A stretch of 63,894 nt of DNA, filler included, from Octopus bimaculoides (Eukaryota): NCBI RefSeq assembly GCF_001194135.2. It is 6 parts of 6 records of this genome, joined end to end, with 100 filler letters (N's around TTAATTAATTAA, not from the genome) between each part and the next. Parts side by side here need not be neighbours in the genome. Positions count along the whole stretch, not along the records: positions 1 to 29,035 come from NC_068986.1; 5 more parts are not named here. One strand, given 5' to 3'. Shown one piece after another: positions 12,838 through 25,523 of the stretch (position 1 is the stretch's first letter; the number at the start of each line of letters is the position of its first letter). The notes under the pieces are model-generated. The model saw only the letters and a program-made list of their open reading frames with translations, was not told the DNA's origin and did no database searches. The position numbers and the translations under genes were made by a program.

Positions 12838-12907
12838 TGTATATATTATGTATGTATGTATACACACATATATACATACATATATACAGATATCTACATA
12901 CATATAT

Positions 12908-12954
<47 letters not shown>

Positions 12955-13009
12955 CACATACATATATATATGTATATATATATATATATATCACCCACAT
13001 ACATCTATA

Positions 13010-13900
13010 CAGGGTGTGATGGGTAAATTGCCATCATTTTATATTTTTTATTTCGCGCATGCGCATTATTTGCTTTTGATTTTGTTGACTACACAGCATA
13101 GTAGCGTCATTTGGGCACTGTCTGTGAGAAAACCAGCACACTGACACAATTCACTCTTCCAGAAATTTGGAAATGACATGCTGTACTGCTTGGTATTCAT
13201 GCCAGAAGCTCCAATACGAACACTTCAGAGTGTTTGGGTGTCAATCGGAGGACTTGCCATGTCCCCAAAACATGTACCGAGAGTGATAAAAATCAAAACA
13301 TCCAGTTGACATCATGGTGTTTGGAGTGATCACTAGTGATGATGATGTTATGCCTCCATTCATCTTCCCACGTGGCCTCACACTCAACATGGAGCCTACA
13401 TCATGTGCCTGGTGGAGGTAGTGCTGCCCTGGGTCAAGAGGGTGGCTGCTGGAAGACCCTATGTCTGGCAACAGGACTCTGCACCATGCCACACAAGCAG
13501 GAGAACCTAGTGATGGCTGTCAGACAATTTCTGTGACCACATCACCCCTAACATCTGCCCACATAACTCCCCGGATTGCAACCTCCTTGATTATTATGTG
13601 TGGGGCACAGTTGAGCGAGAGACTACCAAAACTCCTTGTAACACCAAAGATGAACTGAAGGCAAGGATTATGGTAGCATCCACCAACTTAAACAAAGAGA
13701 CCTTCCAGAATAGTTGCAGGAGATTCTGAAGTCATCTGGAAGCTGTGGTTGAAGCCAATGGTGGTTTTATTGAATGAATTTACTCTTTAGTATTTCAAGA
13801 TATTTTTATGTAATTTTGGTAAATATATCTGTCAAAATGAGATGTGAGTGTTATTTTCATTTTTGCGTAATTTAGACGACAGTTTATTCACTGCACCCTG
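13010..13900 (+). mobile_element. Internally deleted DD37D (maT-type) Tc1/mariner DNA transposon
   Basis: TA|CAGGGTG...CACCCTG|TA ends. Translation HPVDIMVFGVITSDDDVMPPFIFP...RPYVWQQDSAPCH...NSPDCNLLDYYVWG has exactly 37 residues between D (13475-13477) and D (13589-13591); stops and frameshift present. Confidence 0.9.
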
Positions 13901-14044
13901 TACATGCACGCATACGCAAATGCATATGGTCTTGTGTGTATGTGTGCAGATAGACAGCACAAAGAGAGAACTTGCTATAAAGTTAGTATATCTAGAATTG
14001 CATAATACAATGTCTCTCTTGTAGAAGTTTCTCTTTCTGTCTTT

Positions 14045-14095
<51 letters not shown>

Positions 14096-14260
14096 NNNNN
14101 NNNNNCTCTCTCTCTCTTTCTCTCTCTCTCTCTCATATACATTCTCTCTCACTTACACATACTATATGTGTTTGTGTGTGTGTATTAAATATTATTATGT
14201 TTATGTTTGTTTATGTATGTATGAATGTGTGTGTGGTGTGTGTTTACTTATGGACATATA

Positions 14261-14634
14261 TATTGTTGTTGGCACTCTGTCACTTACGACGTCAAGGGTT
14301 CCTGTTGATCCGATCAACGGAACAGCCTGCTCATGAAATTAACGTGCAAGTGGCTGAGCACTCCACAGACACGTGTACCCTTAACGTAGTTCTCGGGGAT
14401 ATTCAGCGTGACACAGTGTGACAAGGCTGACCCTTTGAATTACGGGCACAACAGAAACAGGAAGTAAGAGTGAGAGAAAGTTGTGGTGGAAGAGTACAGC
14501 AGGGTTCGCCACTATCCCCTGCCGGAGTCTCGTGGAGCTTTAGGTGTTTTTCGCTCAATAAACACTCACAACGCACGGTCTGGGAATTGAAACCACGAGT
14601 CCGCTGCCCTAACCACTGGGCCATTGCGCTTCCA
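14261..14634 (-). mobile_element. Family C subfamily SINE, full length
   Basis: Highly similar to 11505-11895. Confidence 0.9.
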
Positions 14635-14767
14635 CTGGACATATATATTAAACATGTATAAACTTAAAAGGCAGGGAAAGAGAAAATTAAAGAGAGAAGA
14701 GAGGAAAGAAGAGGCTCATAGTGGTGTAATGGTGGTGGTGATAAGGAAGGTTTCTAGGTAATTAAGG

Positions 14768-15019
14768 TAAAGTTTCTTTCTCAAGTCATGCTGACCCATA
14801 AGGGGCAGTTTCTCGGTTCCCAAAGACATATTAATTCCCACCTGGATGGGACACCAGTTCATCACAGGATTACTCACTTTTGCCTGCTGAGTGGATTGAA
14901 GCAATGTGAAATTAAATGTTTTGCTCAAGAACACAACACGTCACCCAGTTCAAAAATCTAAACCACAATGTTACGGTTATGAGAGTCCAACACCTTAACC
15001 ACAAAGTCACATGCCTCCA
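14768..15019 (-). mobile_element. SINE working family E (C-type head plus V-domain-like core)
   Basis: Minus strand: tggaggcatgtgactttgtggttaagg...ttcttgagcaaaacat...cctgtgatgaactggtgtcccatccagg...gagaaagaaacttta. Confidence 0.75.
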
Positions 15020-15614
15020 CAATGAGAGTTGGTGTTTAATGGATATCCATAGATGGTTGGTGTTGACACCAAGAGCTCCTTCTGTGGGATAACAATATCA
15101 ATCATTAGCATCACTGTGCAGTTCCTCTCATTCATTTTCTTTTCATTCTCTTTTTATTGGTTGATTTATTTTGACTACTCATTTTCCTTGGATAGCAGAG
15201 TTGGCAAGATGGATGCAAAAGTAGATGTCCAAAGTGAGGGATAGAGTTGATTATCATGCAATGCAGAGCATTTGCGGAAATTTTAACTGGTCAGACACAC
15301 ATACATATGCACACATGCACACATTTGTGTGTGTGTGTGTGTGTGTGTGTCTGTGTGTGTGAGAGAGAGAGAGAGAGAGAGTCCCACACTCCATTCTTAC
15401 ATATAGTGCAGCATGACATATAGCATTGAACACTGAAGAGGTGTATTGCATGATTATGTTACGCTTCAATGACAATTATGTAATCATGATGGTAATTTAT
15501 GAAACATGTGTATGCTCAAAAAGCTTTGAGTTTCATGCCGTTTTTACTATATTTTATGTGTCTGTGTCTGTGTGCACGTGTGTGTGTGTATCTGTGCTTC
15601 TTCTTTTATGGCAT

Positions 15615-15990
15615 GCAAACATCATACTTCCCCACCATGTGGTTTTAAGTTCAGTCTTTTGAGCAAGTGTTATCTGCTATAGACTTGGGCGAACCAAAGT
15701 TTTGTGAATGGATTTTGTAAATAGAAATTAAATGAAATGCTTTGTATGTCTATACATACATGTGTGTATATATGTCTATGCGTGTTGACATCATGTGATA
15801 GCTGTAAATAAGCATCATTCATTACCATTCTTACCAATCTTCAATGAAAATTATGTCAAATCATGAGGAAATGTTACCTTGCTTCAAAACAGGTGATGGT
15901 AGGTGCCAGGAAGGGTAACTGACTGTAGAAAATCTATGTCAATGAATTCCATCTGACTCATGCAAGCATGGCAAAGTTATGATGTTATTA
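15615..15990 (+). mobile_element. SINE working family G (A-type head plus ggaagggcatccagc-type tail module)
   Basis: A-head motif gagcaagtgttatctgctatag, then accttgcttcaaaacaggtgatggtaggtgccaggaagggt...catgcaagcatgg; tail homologous to 22250-22535. Confidence 0.7.
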
Positions 15991-16064
15991 ACATTGACTG
16001 TGTCTTTAAACAAAAGGTGAAATATATATATATACATATACATACACACATACATACAATGAGT

Positions 16065-16107
<43 letters not shown>

Positions 16108-16290
16108 TATAGAAGTTCTGAGTTTCGAGTAGTCCTTTATAGTTTCCTGCCCTACTCTGTCATACAAGGAACTGTTTATATCTAATCACACACACACACA
16201 CACACACACACATCTCTCATATATGTTAAACATAAATAAATCTTGAAATTAAATGGTTTTGATTTACTGTCCGGTGAATTTTCGCTAACC

Positions 16291-16329
<39 letters not shown>

Positions 16330-16443
16330 NNNNNNNNNNCACACACACACACACACACACACACATCTCTCATATATGTTAAACATAAATAAATCTTGAA
16401 ATTAAATGGTTTTGATTTACTGTCCGGTGAATTTTCGCTAACC

Positions 16444-16492
<49 letters not shown>

Positions 16493-16727
16493 GGGCATCC
16501 ATTCAGTCTCCAACTACCAAATTGGTACACAAGGTATTAGTCTGTCCAGGATTATAGTAAAAGGCATTTGCCCAATGTGCCACACAGTAGGACTGAACCT
16601 GAAACCTCATTGTTGCAAAGTGTACTATAAAAAAATGGTAACACAAAACTCAATACAGTAAAAGAAAACAATTATTTAAAATAATGATTACACACAGACA
16701 CAAGTTTATACAGATTTCTATACATAC

Positions 16728-17165
16728 ATTCATCATCATCACCATCATTATCATTTAGCATCTGCTTTCCATGCTGACATGGCTTTGACTGTTTGACTGA
16801 AATTGGTTGGCCAGAGAGTTGCACCAAGTTCCAGTCTCATTTGGCACGGTTTCTATAGTTGGATGCCTTTCCTAATGCCAACCACTCCAAGAGTATGATG
16901 GGTGTATTTTATGTGCCACTGACATGGCTGCCAGTTACATGACACTGGCATTGGCTACAACTATGATTTCACTTGGCCTGAGGAGTCTTCTCAAGCACTG
17001 CATATCGCCAAAGGTCTCGGTCACTTGTCATCACCTCCATGAGGCCCAACGTTCGATGGGTACCTTTTACATGCCACTGGCATGGGTACTAGTTACATGA
17101 TGCCATCATCGGCCATAATTATGATTTCACTTGGCTTGTTGGGTCTTGTCAAGCATGGTGAAACT
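16728..17165 (-). mobile_element. Family B variant with two long internal repeats
   Basis: (ATC)n tail, ggatgcctttcctaatgccaaccac, and two units of ttttatgtgccactg..catgg..ccagttacatga..ggc...atgatttcacttggc. Confidence 0.75.
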
Positions 17166-17285
17166 TGTTACCAGTTCCAATATGCTTCAGGCACATTCAA
17201 ACTTGTACGAAAACTTTTCACTGTATTTTGTCATGAAGAAAAAGTCTTGCTGTAGACACCAGCCAATACACCTGTTTGTCTACAG

Positions 17286-17925
17286 CAGTGATTCTCAACC
17301 AGGGTACATATAAGATTTTGGGGCGTCCACACAAGCAAACAATAAATTGGGAAACTACTGTAGCGTTTCACGGGTCTGTGGAAAAATATTGCTTTAAAGC
17401 AGTGGTTTTCACTCAGGGTCCATATGGCGCTTGGGAGTCCCTATGGATCTTGGGGTTCCATATGACTCTTGAGGGTCCATATGGCCCTTTGGGATCCATG
17501 TAAGGTTTTGTTGTTAAAATTTATCTGCAATAAATTGGTTATATTTCTACAAAACAAAATATTTTAACAAGTTTTATACAATTCCTAACTATATTCAATC
17601 AAAAAAATATAATAGGAGTTTTTAGACTTCAAATGGCTAAAACCTTCACATGAGTAAAATAGGAATCAAAAAGGTCCATAGGCAAAAGAAATGGTTGAGA
17701 ATCACTGCTTTAGATGTTTTTATTGCAAGAAATGACAAGATATCCTTCTCTAATAGTTTCCATAGTTCAAATTACACAAGTGAATATTTGAAAAAGCACA
17801 AATGGAATACTAAAAGAGGAATCTATAAAACTAGTTTTTAAATATCAAATTGCTATAGGGGCCCAGCAGAATAAAATAATAATCTAAGGGGTCCATAGAT
17901 GAAAAATGGTTGAGAATCTATGATC
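17286..17925. mobile_element. Cluster of hAT-type MITEs
   Basis: cagtgattctcaacc / ggttgagaatcactg TIR motifs: short element 17286-17360, element 17400-17707, and a further end near 17905-17922. Confidence 0.75.
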
Positions 17926-18481
17926 TACAGCAAGGAGTTTTCTCTATGATGAAACACAGTGAATGGTTTCATGGGTCTGAATATGCTTGAACTCATATTC
18001 AATCTCATAACAAGTTCATATTTATACACAACACTGCTTAGCACTTCTAATTTGGTATACATGTATTATCATCATCGTTTAACATCCGCTTTCCATGCTA
18101 GCATGGGTTGGACGATTTGACTGAGGACTGGTGAACCAGATGGCTACACCAGGCTCCAATCTGATTTGGCAGAGTTTNNNNNNNNNNTATACATATATAT
18201 ATATGTATATGTATCAGCTGCAGCCCCTCGGTTTACCAGCCCTGGTCAAACCATCCAACCCATGCCAGCATGGACAATGGACGTTAAATGATGATGATAT
18301 ACGCACAGGCATTTATGCAAAAGTGTTATTTCCATACCACACCTTGATACATACAGGACCATTGATAGAAAACATGAGACAGCTGTAGTACATACACACA
18401 CACACACATGTATATATAGATACATACATATATGTGCAGATATATATGTACATACATGCAATCACATACATGCATACCTAC

Positions 18482-18523
<42 letters not shown>

Positions 18524-18818
18524 GACAGTTCACAATAGTACACATTCCACTCAAGCACTGACATACTTGTTTTTATAAGCACCAACTCTTGTATCCACTC
18601 GTATGCATAAACACTAGTACATGTGCCTTACACACACACACACACACACAAATACACAGAAGAAAGGTTGGCTCACTGTTCTGTTGCTTATTCTGATAAC
18701 TTTTTCCATTAATACTTCTTGATATAATTTTATACGGAGCTTTCTTGGCCCCGCTATCAAGCCCATAGCCCAGGGGTTTACAGTACTCTTAGAGTTGTCT
18801 GTTCCCCTTTTGTGTGTG

Positions 18819-18886
<68 letters not shown>

Positions 18887-18928
18887 CATATATAAAAGCA
18901 CATACATATGTGTGTATATGTATGTGTG

Positions 18929-18978
<50 letters not shown>

Positions 18979-19014
18979 TAAAAGCACATACATATGTGTG
19001 TATATGTATGTGTG

Positions 19015-19068
<54 letters not shown>

Positions 19069-19658
19069 TATATTTGTGCACACGCATATAAATGCATCAT
19101 CATCATCATCAGCCTTACCAGATTCACTATCACCTTCACTCTTACACTGACACTCATACCACCAATACATAACCACCACCACCACGACCATCGCTACACT
19201 AACCACCACCATCACCACCCCTACCGCTTCCACCCCCATGTTGTTGTTTTTGGTTCATTGCGACATCTCGGCTATCTGAGCCAGCTGTGTTAGTCGGGGA
19301 TGGTGGTGGTGTTGGTGGTGGTCATGGCGGTGGTGGAAGCAGTGGTGGCGTATGTGCATGTTTGCATGTGTCTGTATTTGTGTAATTGTGTATATGTGTG
19401 TGTGTGTGTGAATGCATGAGTTAGATTTGATCCCCTGTAATAGCTGTACTGATAGGCAGTCTGACATTTATACCAGTAGCGCCACCAATAGGAAGCCACT
19501 AATTACGGCTTTGCCGCCCACACCACCATCTTTCCTTATTATCGGTGACACTGACAAATTTTCCTACTTAGTGGTGGTTGGGACGCAGAAAATCTGTAGT
19601 GTGGTGGCAGTGGTGGGGGGGGGGTGCAGGGGTATATTCTTTCTTTCTNNNNNNNNNN

Positions 19659-19707
<49 letters not shown>

Positions 19708-20047
19708 ATATGTATGTATATATGTGCATATGTGTGTATATATATTGTATACATGTGTGTGTTTGTGTATGTGTATATATATATGTATGTATATATATAT
19801 GTATATATGTGCATATGTGTGTATATATATGTATATAGTATACTTATGTGTGTATGTATATATCTTAGTATATATATATATATATGTGGGTGTGTATATA
19901 TACATAAATATATATGTATATATATANNNNNNNNNNNNNNNNNNNNNNNNNNNNNNNNNNNNNNNNNNNNNNNNNNNNNNNNNNNNNNNNNNNNNNNNNN
20001 NNNNNNNNNNNNNNNNNNNNNNNNNNNNNNNNNNNNNNNNNNNNNNN

Positions 20048-20094
<47 letters not shown>

Positions 20095-20355
20095 CACACA
20101 TACACACACACATATAGTGGAAGAGTTTTTGTCTGGGCTAGAGTTTAAATTTAGCTTGTCCCTGTAAACTGATAGACATATACATCACCTTACTACACCA
20201 CACCCTTTCGGTTCAAACATCATCCTCTCTCTCTCTTTTTAACCATTCTCTCTCTCTCTCTCTCTCTCATCTATCATTACAACCCAAAATCAGTAGACCA
20301 GTGTGCTTTCCATAGATATACATACATACAGACACATAGATCTCATGTATACTAA

Positions 20356-20562
20356 TACTCTTTACTCTTTTACTTGTTTCAGTCTTTTGACTGTGGCCAT
20401 GCTGGAGCACCGCCTTTAGTCGAGCAAATCGACCCCAGGACTTATTCTTTGGAAGCCTAGTACTTATTCTATCGGTCTCTTTTGCCGAACTGCTAAGTTA
20501 CGGGGATGTAAACACACCACCATCGGTTGTCAAGAGATGTTGGGGGGACAAACACAGACACA

Positions 20563-20651
<89 letters not shown>

Positions 20652-20814
20652 GATGGGCTTCTTTCAGTTTCCATCAACCAAATCCACTCACAAGGCTTTT
20701 GTCGGCCCGAGGCTATAGTAGAAGACACTTGCCCAAGGTACCACACAGTGGGACTGAACCCAGAACCGTGTGGTTGGTAAGCAAGCTACTTACTACACAG
20801 CCACTCCTGCGCCT
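20356..20814 (-). mobile_element. Family A SINE, full length (reference copy)
   Basis: Minus-strand head aggcgcaggagtggctgtgtagtaag...gggttcagtcccac (A/B-box-like), internal (TA)n(TG)n, and ...gaaacaagtaaaagagtaaagagta tail. Confidence 0.9.
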
Positions 20815-21182
20815 ATATCTTTTGATGACATGATTGTTTATTTTTAAAATGACATTGTAGGGTAAGTGTGAGAGGCTAGATCTAGCCAGTTTTACCATAA
20901 AAAAGATAGAAAATTTGGGCCGGAGATCGCTGGTTTAAACCCTAATGAGTTGAAAGATAGTTGCTGCTATTTCTAGCAATGCAACCAACCATGCTCATGT
21001 AGAGGCTCTCTTGTTAACTGACTAAAGCTGTGAACGCCACATGTGTAAGATAACAAAAGCTTGTTGCACAAGCTTTAGATAAGTTTTTTGTGGATTGTGT
21101 CCTCCTACAACAGGGAAATTAAGACCATCCACCACATGTGCACATACAGAAACTCAGTCCCTCTGATTTCCATTGAATGATA

Positions 21183-21686
21183 GATGCAGGCATAGCTCTG
21201 TGGTAAGAAGCTTGCTTCCCAGCCAAATAGTTTGGGGTTCAATCTCAATGCAAGTCATTTTGGGCAAATATCTTTTACTATAGCTTGTTTTGCAAATAGA
21301 TTTGACAAATGGAAACTGAAAAGAAGCCCTATGTGTGTGTGTGCGTGAGTTTTGGGTTCAATCCCAATGCAAGTCATTTTGGGCAAATATCTTTTACTAT
21401 AGCTTGTTTTGCAAATAGATTTGACAAATGGAAACTGAAAAGAAGCCCTATGTGTGTGTGTGTGCGTGCCTTTGTGTTTGTCCTCCACCACTGCTTGACA
21501 ACCAGTGTTGGTTTGTGTATATTTCCGTAGCTTAGCGGTTCAGTAGACGAGATCAATTGAATAAGTAGCAGATTTTAGGGAAAGAGGTAAAATTAAACAC
21601 CGGGGTTAATTTGTTCAACTAAACCCGTCAAGGTGGTGCTCCAGCATGGCTGCAGTCAAATGACTGAAACAAGTAAAAGATAAAAG
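21183..21686 (+). mobile_element. Family A SINE with tandemly duplicated head segment
   Basis: Complete head and tail; a ~118-bp head segment is present twice. Confidence 0.85.
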
Positions 21687-21768
21687 TTATAAGATAGGGC
21701 CTCAGGGCCAATTAATGCCTTCTGGTGGATTTAGTTAACAGAAACTGAAAGAAGCCCATCATGTGTGT

Positions 21769-22190
21769 ATCATCGTTTAATGTCCGCTTTAGATGCTAGC
21801 ATGGGTTGGATGATTTGACAGAGGACTGGTGAACCAGATAGCTGCACCAGGCTCCAATCTGATTTGGCAGAGTTTCTACAGCTGGATGCCCTTTCTAACG
21901 CCAACCACTTCGAGAGTGTAGTGAGTGCTTTTACGTGCCGCCGGCATGAAGGCCAGTCAGGAGGTACTGGCAATGGCCACACTCGAAATGGTGTATTTTA
22001 CGTGCCACCTGCACAAGGGCCAGTCCTGCGGTACTGACAACGAACTCGCTTGAATGTCTTTTCACGCGCCACTGGCACAAGTGCCAGGAGGGCGACGTTG
22101 GTAACAGTCACACTCAAATGGGGCTATTTACGTGCCACCTGCACGAAAGCCAGACAGCTAGTGCTCTGGCAACGATCACGCTTGGATGGT
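21769..22190 (-). mobile_element. Family B repeat with four subrepeats
   Basis: tttacgtgcc-like motif at about 21929, 21997, 22059 and 22127. Confidence 0.85.
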
Positions 22191-22249
22191 GTGTATATAT
22201 ATATATATATGTATGTATGTATATATATATATATACACATACATGTGTG

Positions 22250-22535
22250 TGTGTGTGTTTCTGTCTCCTCAGCTTGAGTTTGTGTCATAATTGTAAACAA
22301 GTGCCACCATTATACAAGCAGAGCAGTGTCCTTCATTTTTTAATCTTCTGTGAAAGCATGTCTGATCATGGGGAAATGTTACCTTACTTGGAAACAGACG
22401 AAGGTTAGCAGCAGGAAAGGCATTCAGCTGTTGAAAACTCCCGCCTCAACAAATTCTGTTTGACTCATGCGAGCATGGAAAAATGGATATTAAAATGATG
22501 ATAATGATGGTGATGATGATGACGATGATGATGAT
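22250..22535 (+). mobile_element. Family G tail
   Basis: accttacttggaaacagacgaaggttagcagcaggaaaggcattcagctg...catgcgagcatggaaaaatggatattaaaatgatgat. Confidence 0.75.
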
Positions 22536-22921
22536 TTGGGGTGGGGTTACATCTAGGGGTCCAAAGCTCTAACATTCAGAGGTAAATATTGATGACAACA
22601 CAGGGCATCCCTTTCATGGGTATGAGAAATCTGTTGGGATCTTTTTGGTTTGACGGGCAACACTTGTTTTCTTAACGAAACACTTTCAAACTTGGGATAC
22701 TGGTAGAATGTGTCATATAAAACATCTTTTTCTCTTAGCCTTCTTAACAAAAATTAGTTCTTAATAAGTGATTTCATGTTAAAGTTGTCGTATTTCTGTA
22801 ATTTCAACCAATCACTGACGTCTATTCAGCTGAATACAGTTACTGCTCTTTTTATAAACAATAAAATTTTACCGGTGTCAAGAGTGTTATTCCCTGTTTA
22901 ATTATATCATTATTCCCTAGT

Positions 22922-22990
22922 AAGGGTTTAGGGTTTTAGGGTTTGGGTTTTAGGGTTAGGGTTCGGGTTTTAGAGTTAGGGTTAGGGTTA
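22922..22990 (+). repeat. Degenerate (TTAGGG)n tract
   Basis: About ten imperfect ttaggg/tttaggg units. Confidence 0.85.
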
Positions 22991-23460
22991 TGAGTGAGGT
23001 TATGACAAAAATAATCATAACTCTAACCAAACCAAAAAGATCCATCTGTTGACTGTGTCTAGTATATAGAGTTGGCTTTTTCTACACGACATCTGCTTCA
23101 TGTTGCCTTATTGCTGTAACCAGAGTCTGGATCTGGATGTGAAATCACACTGAGACAGCTATTGGCGTATGGAGACTACTGTGCTCTGGGACCGATCCAG
23201 AACAATCAGCTGTTGCTGGTGGTGGCGGTCATGGTTGTGTGCGGAGATGGAGAGCAGGGGCAATTGGAAGTGGTTGAGGGGAGGCATAACGTTGGGATTT
23301 AAAGGTGGTAGTAGTTGTGGTGGTGGTGGTGGTGATTGGTAGCAGGAGTGTGGTCAGAGATGGTGGTGGTGGTGGTGGTGGTAGTGGTCATGTGACGGTG
23401 GGTGGAGGAAGTAGTGTTGTTGTTGTTGGTGGTGGTGGTGTTAAATAAGCTGGTTTGTCA

Positions 23461-23499
<39 letters not shown>

Positions 23500-24575
23500 C
23501 CAGAGAAGGAAAGTAACGTGTTTGTTTTGAATAAAAACACATTCAATATAAATGAAATACAACAGCAATTACTCTACCTTGAACACACTCCACCACTTCA
23601 TACCACACACACACACATAAACACGGTATTAACACCTGTATCGAAATCAGATTATACTTCTGTCGATATTATTATTATTATTATTATTGTTGTTGTTGTT
23701 GTTGTTGGTCTCTGTTGACAAAAAAGTAGATAAATAAATAAAAAAACAACAAAAGAAAAACAAACAAACAAACCAATGTTAATCACTAAATAAGAAAATT
23801 AAAGAAGAAAACAAAAACGAAACAAAGAAACTGAAAAACTGTCAACAACGAACTAATCTTTTAATAATAACAACAACAACAACAACAATAATGTTAGTTA
23901 GCTTAAGAAATGTTGTTGTTGTTGTTGGTGGTGGTGGTGTTGATGCCGATGTATTTTTGTTTGTTTTTTTTGTTTGTTTTTGTCATTAGGACTCAAGTGG
24001 TTATGTTTATTTGATTTATTTTTCTCTTGTAAAAGTGACTGAGGTTCCACTAACTGGATTACAATGCCACTTGCCGCATTGCTTGTTATCTCAATGAAAT
24101 TAGCTGGCTCCTAATTGTATTATTATTGCTGCTGCTGCTGCTGCAGAAGAACAAGAACAAGAACAAGTAGACTAACGATAACAAGGCGACGACAATCGTG
24201 ACGGTGACGATGTTGACAATAGCGATAATGATGACAATGAAAATGGCTGTCATAATGACGGTCAGGTGACGACAATGGTTGTGGTGATGATGATTCTTGG
24301 TGATTGCGAAGCTGATGGTGATAATCACGATGAATGTAATAATAATGCATAGTAACAGACCGCATAGAAAAAAATGTGCTTTCCTCCCATCCCCACCCCA
24401 CCTCGAGCCCCTTAAAAAAAAAATGTCTTGAAAATATCATCCCATGTCCTTCTTGTGAAGTTGGGCCCATGTTACACGTTCTCGTGCCTTGAAAAGAATT
24501 GTTCTTGTCTTTTACCTGAAAATCCGTATTGTTGAATTTGGAGTGTGTTTAATAAGCACATGCATCTTTTATGCC

Positions 24576-24780
24576 TCTTTTACTCTTTTACTCGTTTCAG
24601 TCATTTGACTGCGGCCATGCTGGGACACCGCCTTTAGTCGAGCAAATCGACCCCAGGACTTATTCTTTGTCAGCCTAGTACTTATTCTATCAGTATCCGT
24701 TGCCGAACCGCTCAGTTACGGGGACGTAAACACACCAGCATCGGTTGTCAAGCATTGTTGGGCGGACAAATACAAACACA

Positions 24781-24818
<38 letters not shown>
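24576..24818 (-). mobile_element. Family A SINE, 3' half (remainder in gap)
   Basis: Close match to 20356-20600; runs into (CA)n and then an N gap. Confidence 0.9.
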
Positions 24819-25102
24819 NNNNNNNNNNNNNNNNNNNNNNNNNNNNNNNNNNNNNNNNNNNNNNNNNNNNNNNNNNNNNNNNNNNNNNNNNNNNNNNNNN
24901 NNNNNNNNNNNNNNNNNNNNNNNNNNNNNNNNNNNNNNNNNNNNNNNNNNNNNNNNNNNNNNNNNNNNNNNNNNNNNNNNNNNNNNNNNNNNNNNNNNNN
25001 NNNNNNNNNNNNNNNNNNNNNNNNNNNNNNNNNNNNNNNNNNNNNNNNNNNNNNNNNNNNNNNNNNNNNNNNNNNNNNNNNNNNATATATATATATATAT
25101 AT

Positions 25103-25320
25103 AATCATCGTTTAACGTCTGCTTTCCATGCTAGCATGGGTTGGACGATTTGACTGATGGCTACACCAGGCTTCAATCTGATTTGGCAGAGTTTCTACAG
25201 CTGGATGCCCTTCCTAACGCCAACCATTCCGAGAGTGTAGTGGGTGCTTTTATGTGCCACCGGCATGAAGGCCAGTCAGGCGGTACTGGCAACGGCCACA
25301 CTCAAAATGGTGTATTTACA
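25103..25320 (-). mobile_element. Family B repeat (truncated)
   Basis: Collinear with 21769-22000. Confidence 0.85.
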
Positions 25321-25523
25321 AAGGTTAGCTAAGTTCTAGGTTAAAATAACTGTCTAAGAGATGGAAGTATTCATTACACTACTGGTATATTACCTATATT
25401 TAACCATGAGCATACATATGCAAACGTATGATGCTCATAAATTATAGGTAAAGACAAGGATAAACAGCAGTTTCTCAAGAATCAAAATTTCTGTCTTTAA
25501 ATTTTTATATATATATATGTATA

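Noticed and set aside
16187-16490. Identical 85-bp direct repeat (16211-16295 and 16364-16448)
   Set aside because: The copies are perfectly identical on either side of a 10-N gap, typical of unmerged overlapping contig ends.
18875-19060. Duplicated ~60-bp block between (TA)n tracts
   Set aside because: It lies within microsatellite; slippage or assembly stutter, and uninformative.
20760-20814. tRNA-like A/B-box heads (also near 11830-11895 and 14570-14634)
   Set aside because: They are SINE heads continuing into SINE bodies; no full cloverleaf, so not called as tRNA genes.
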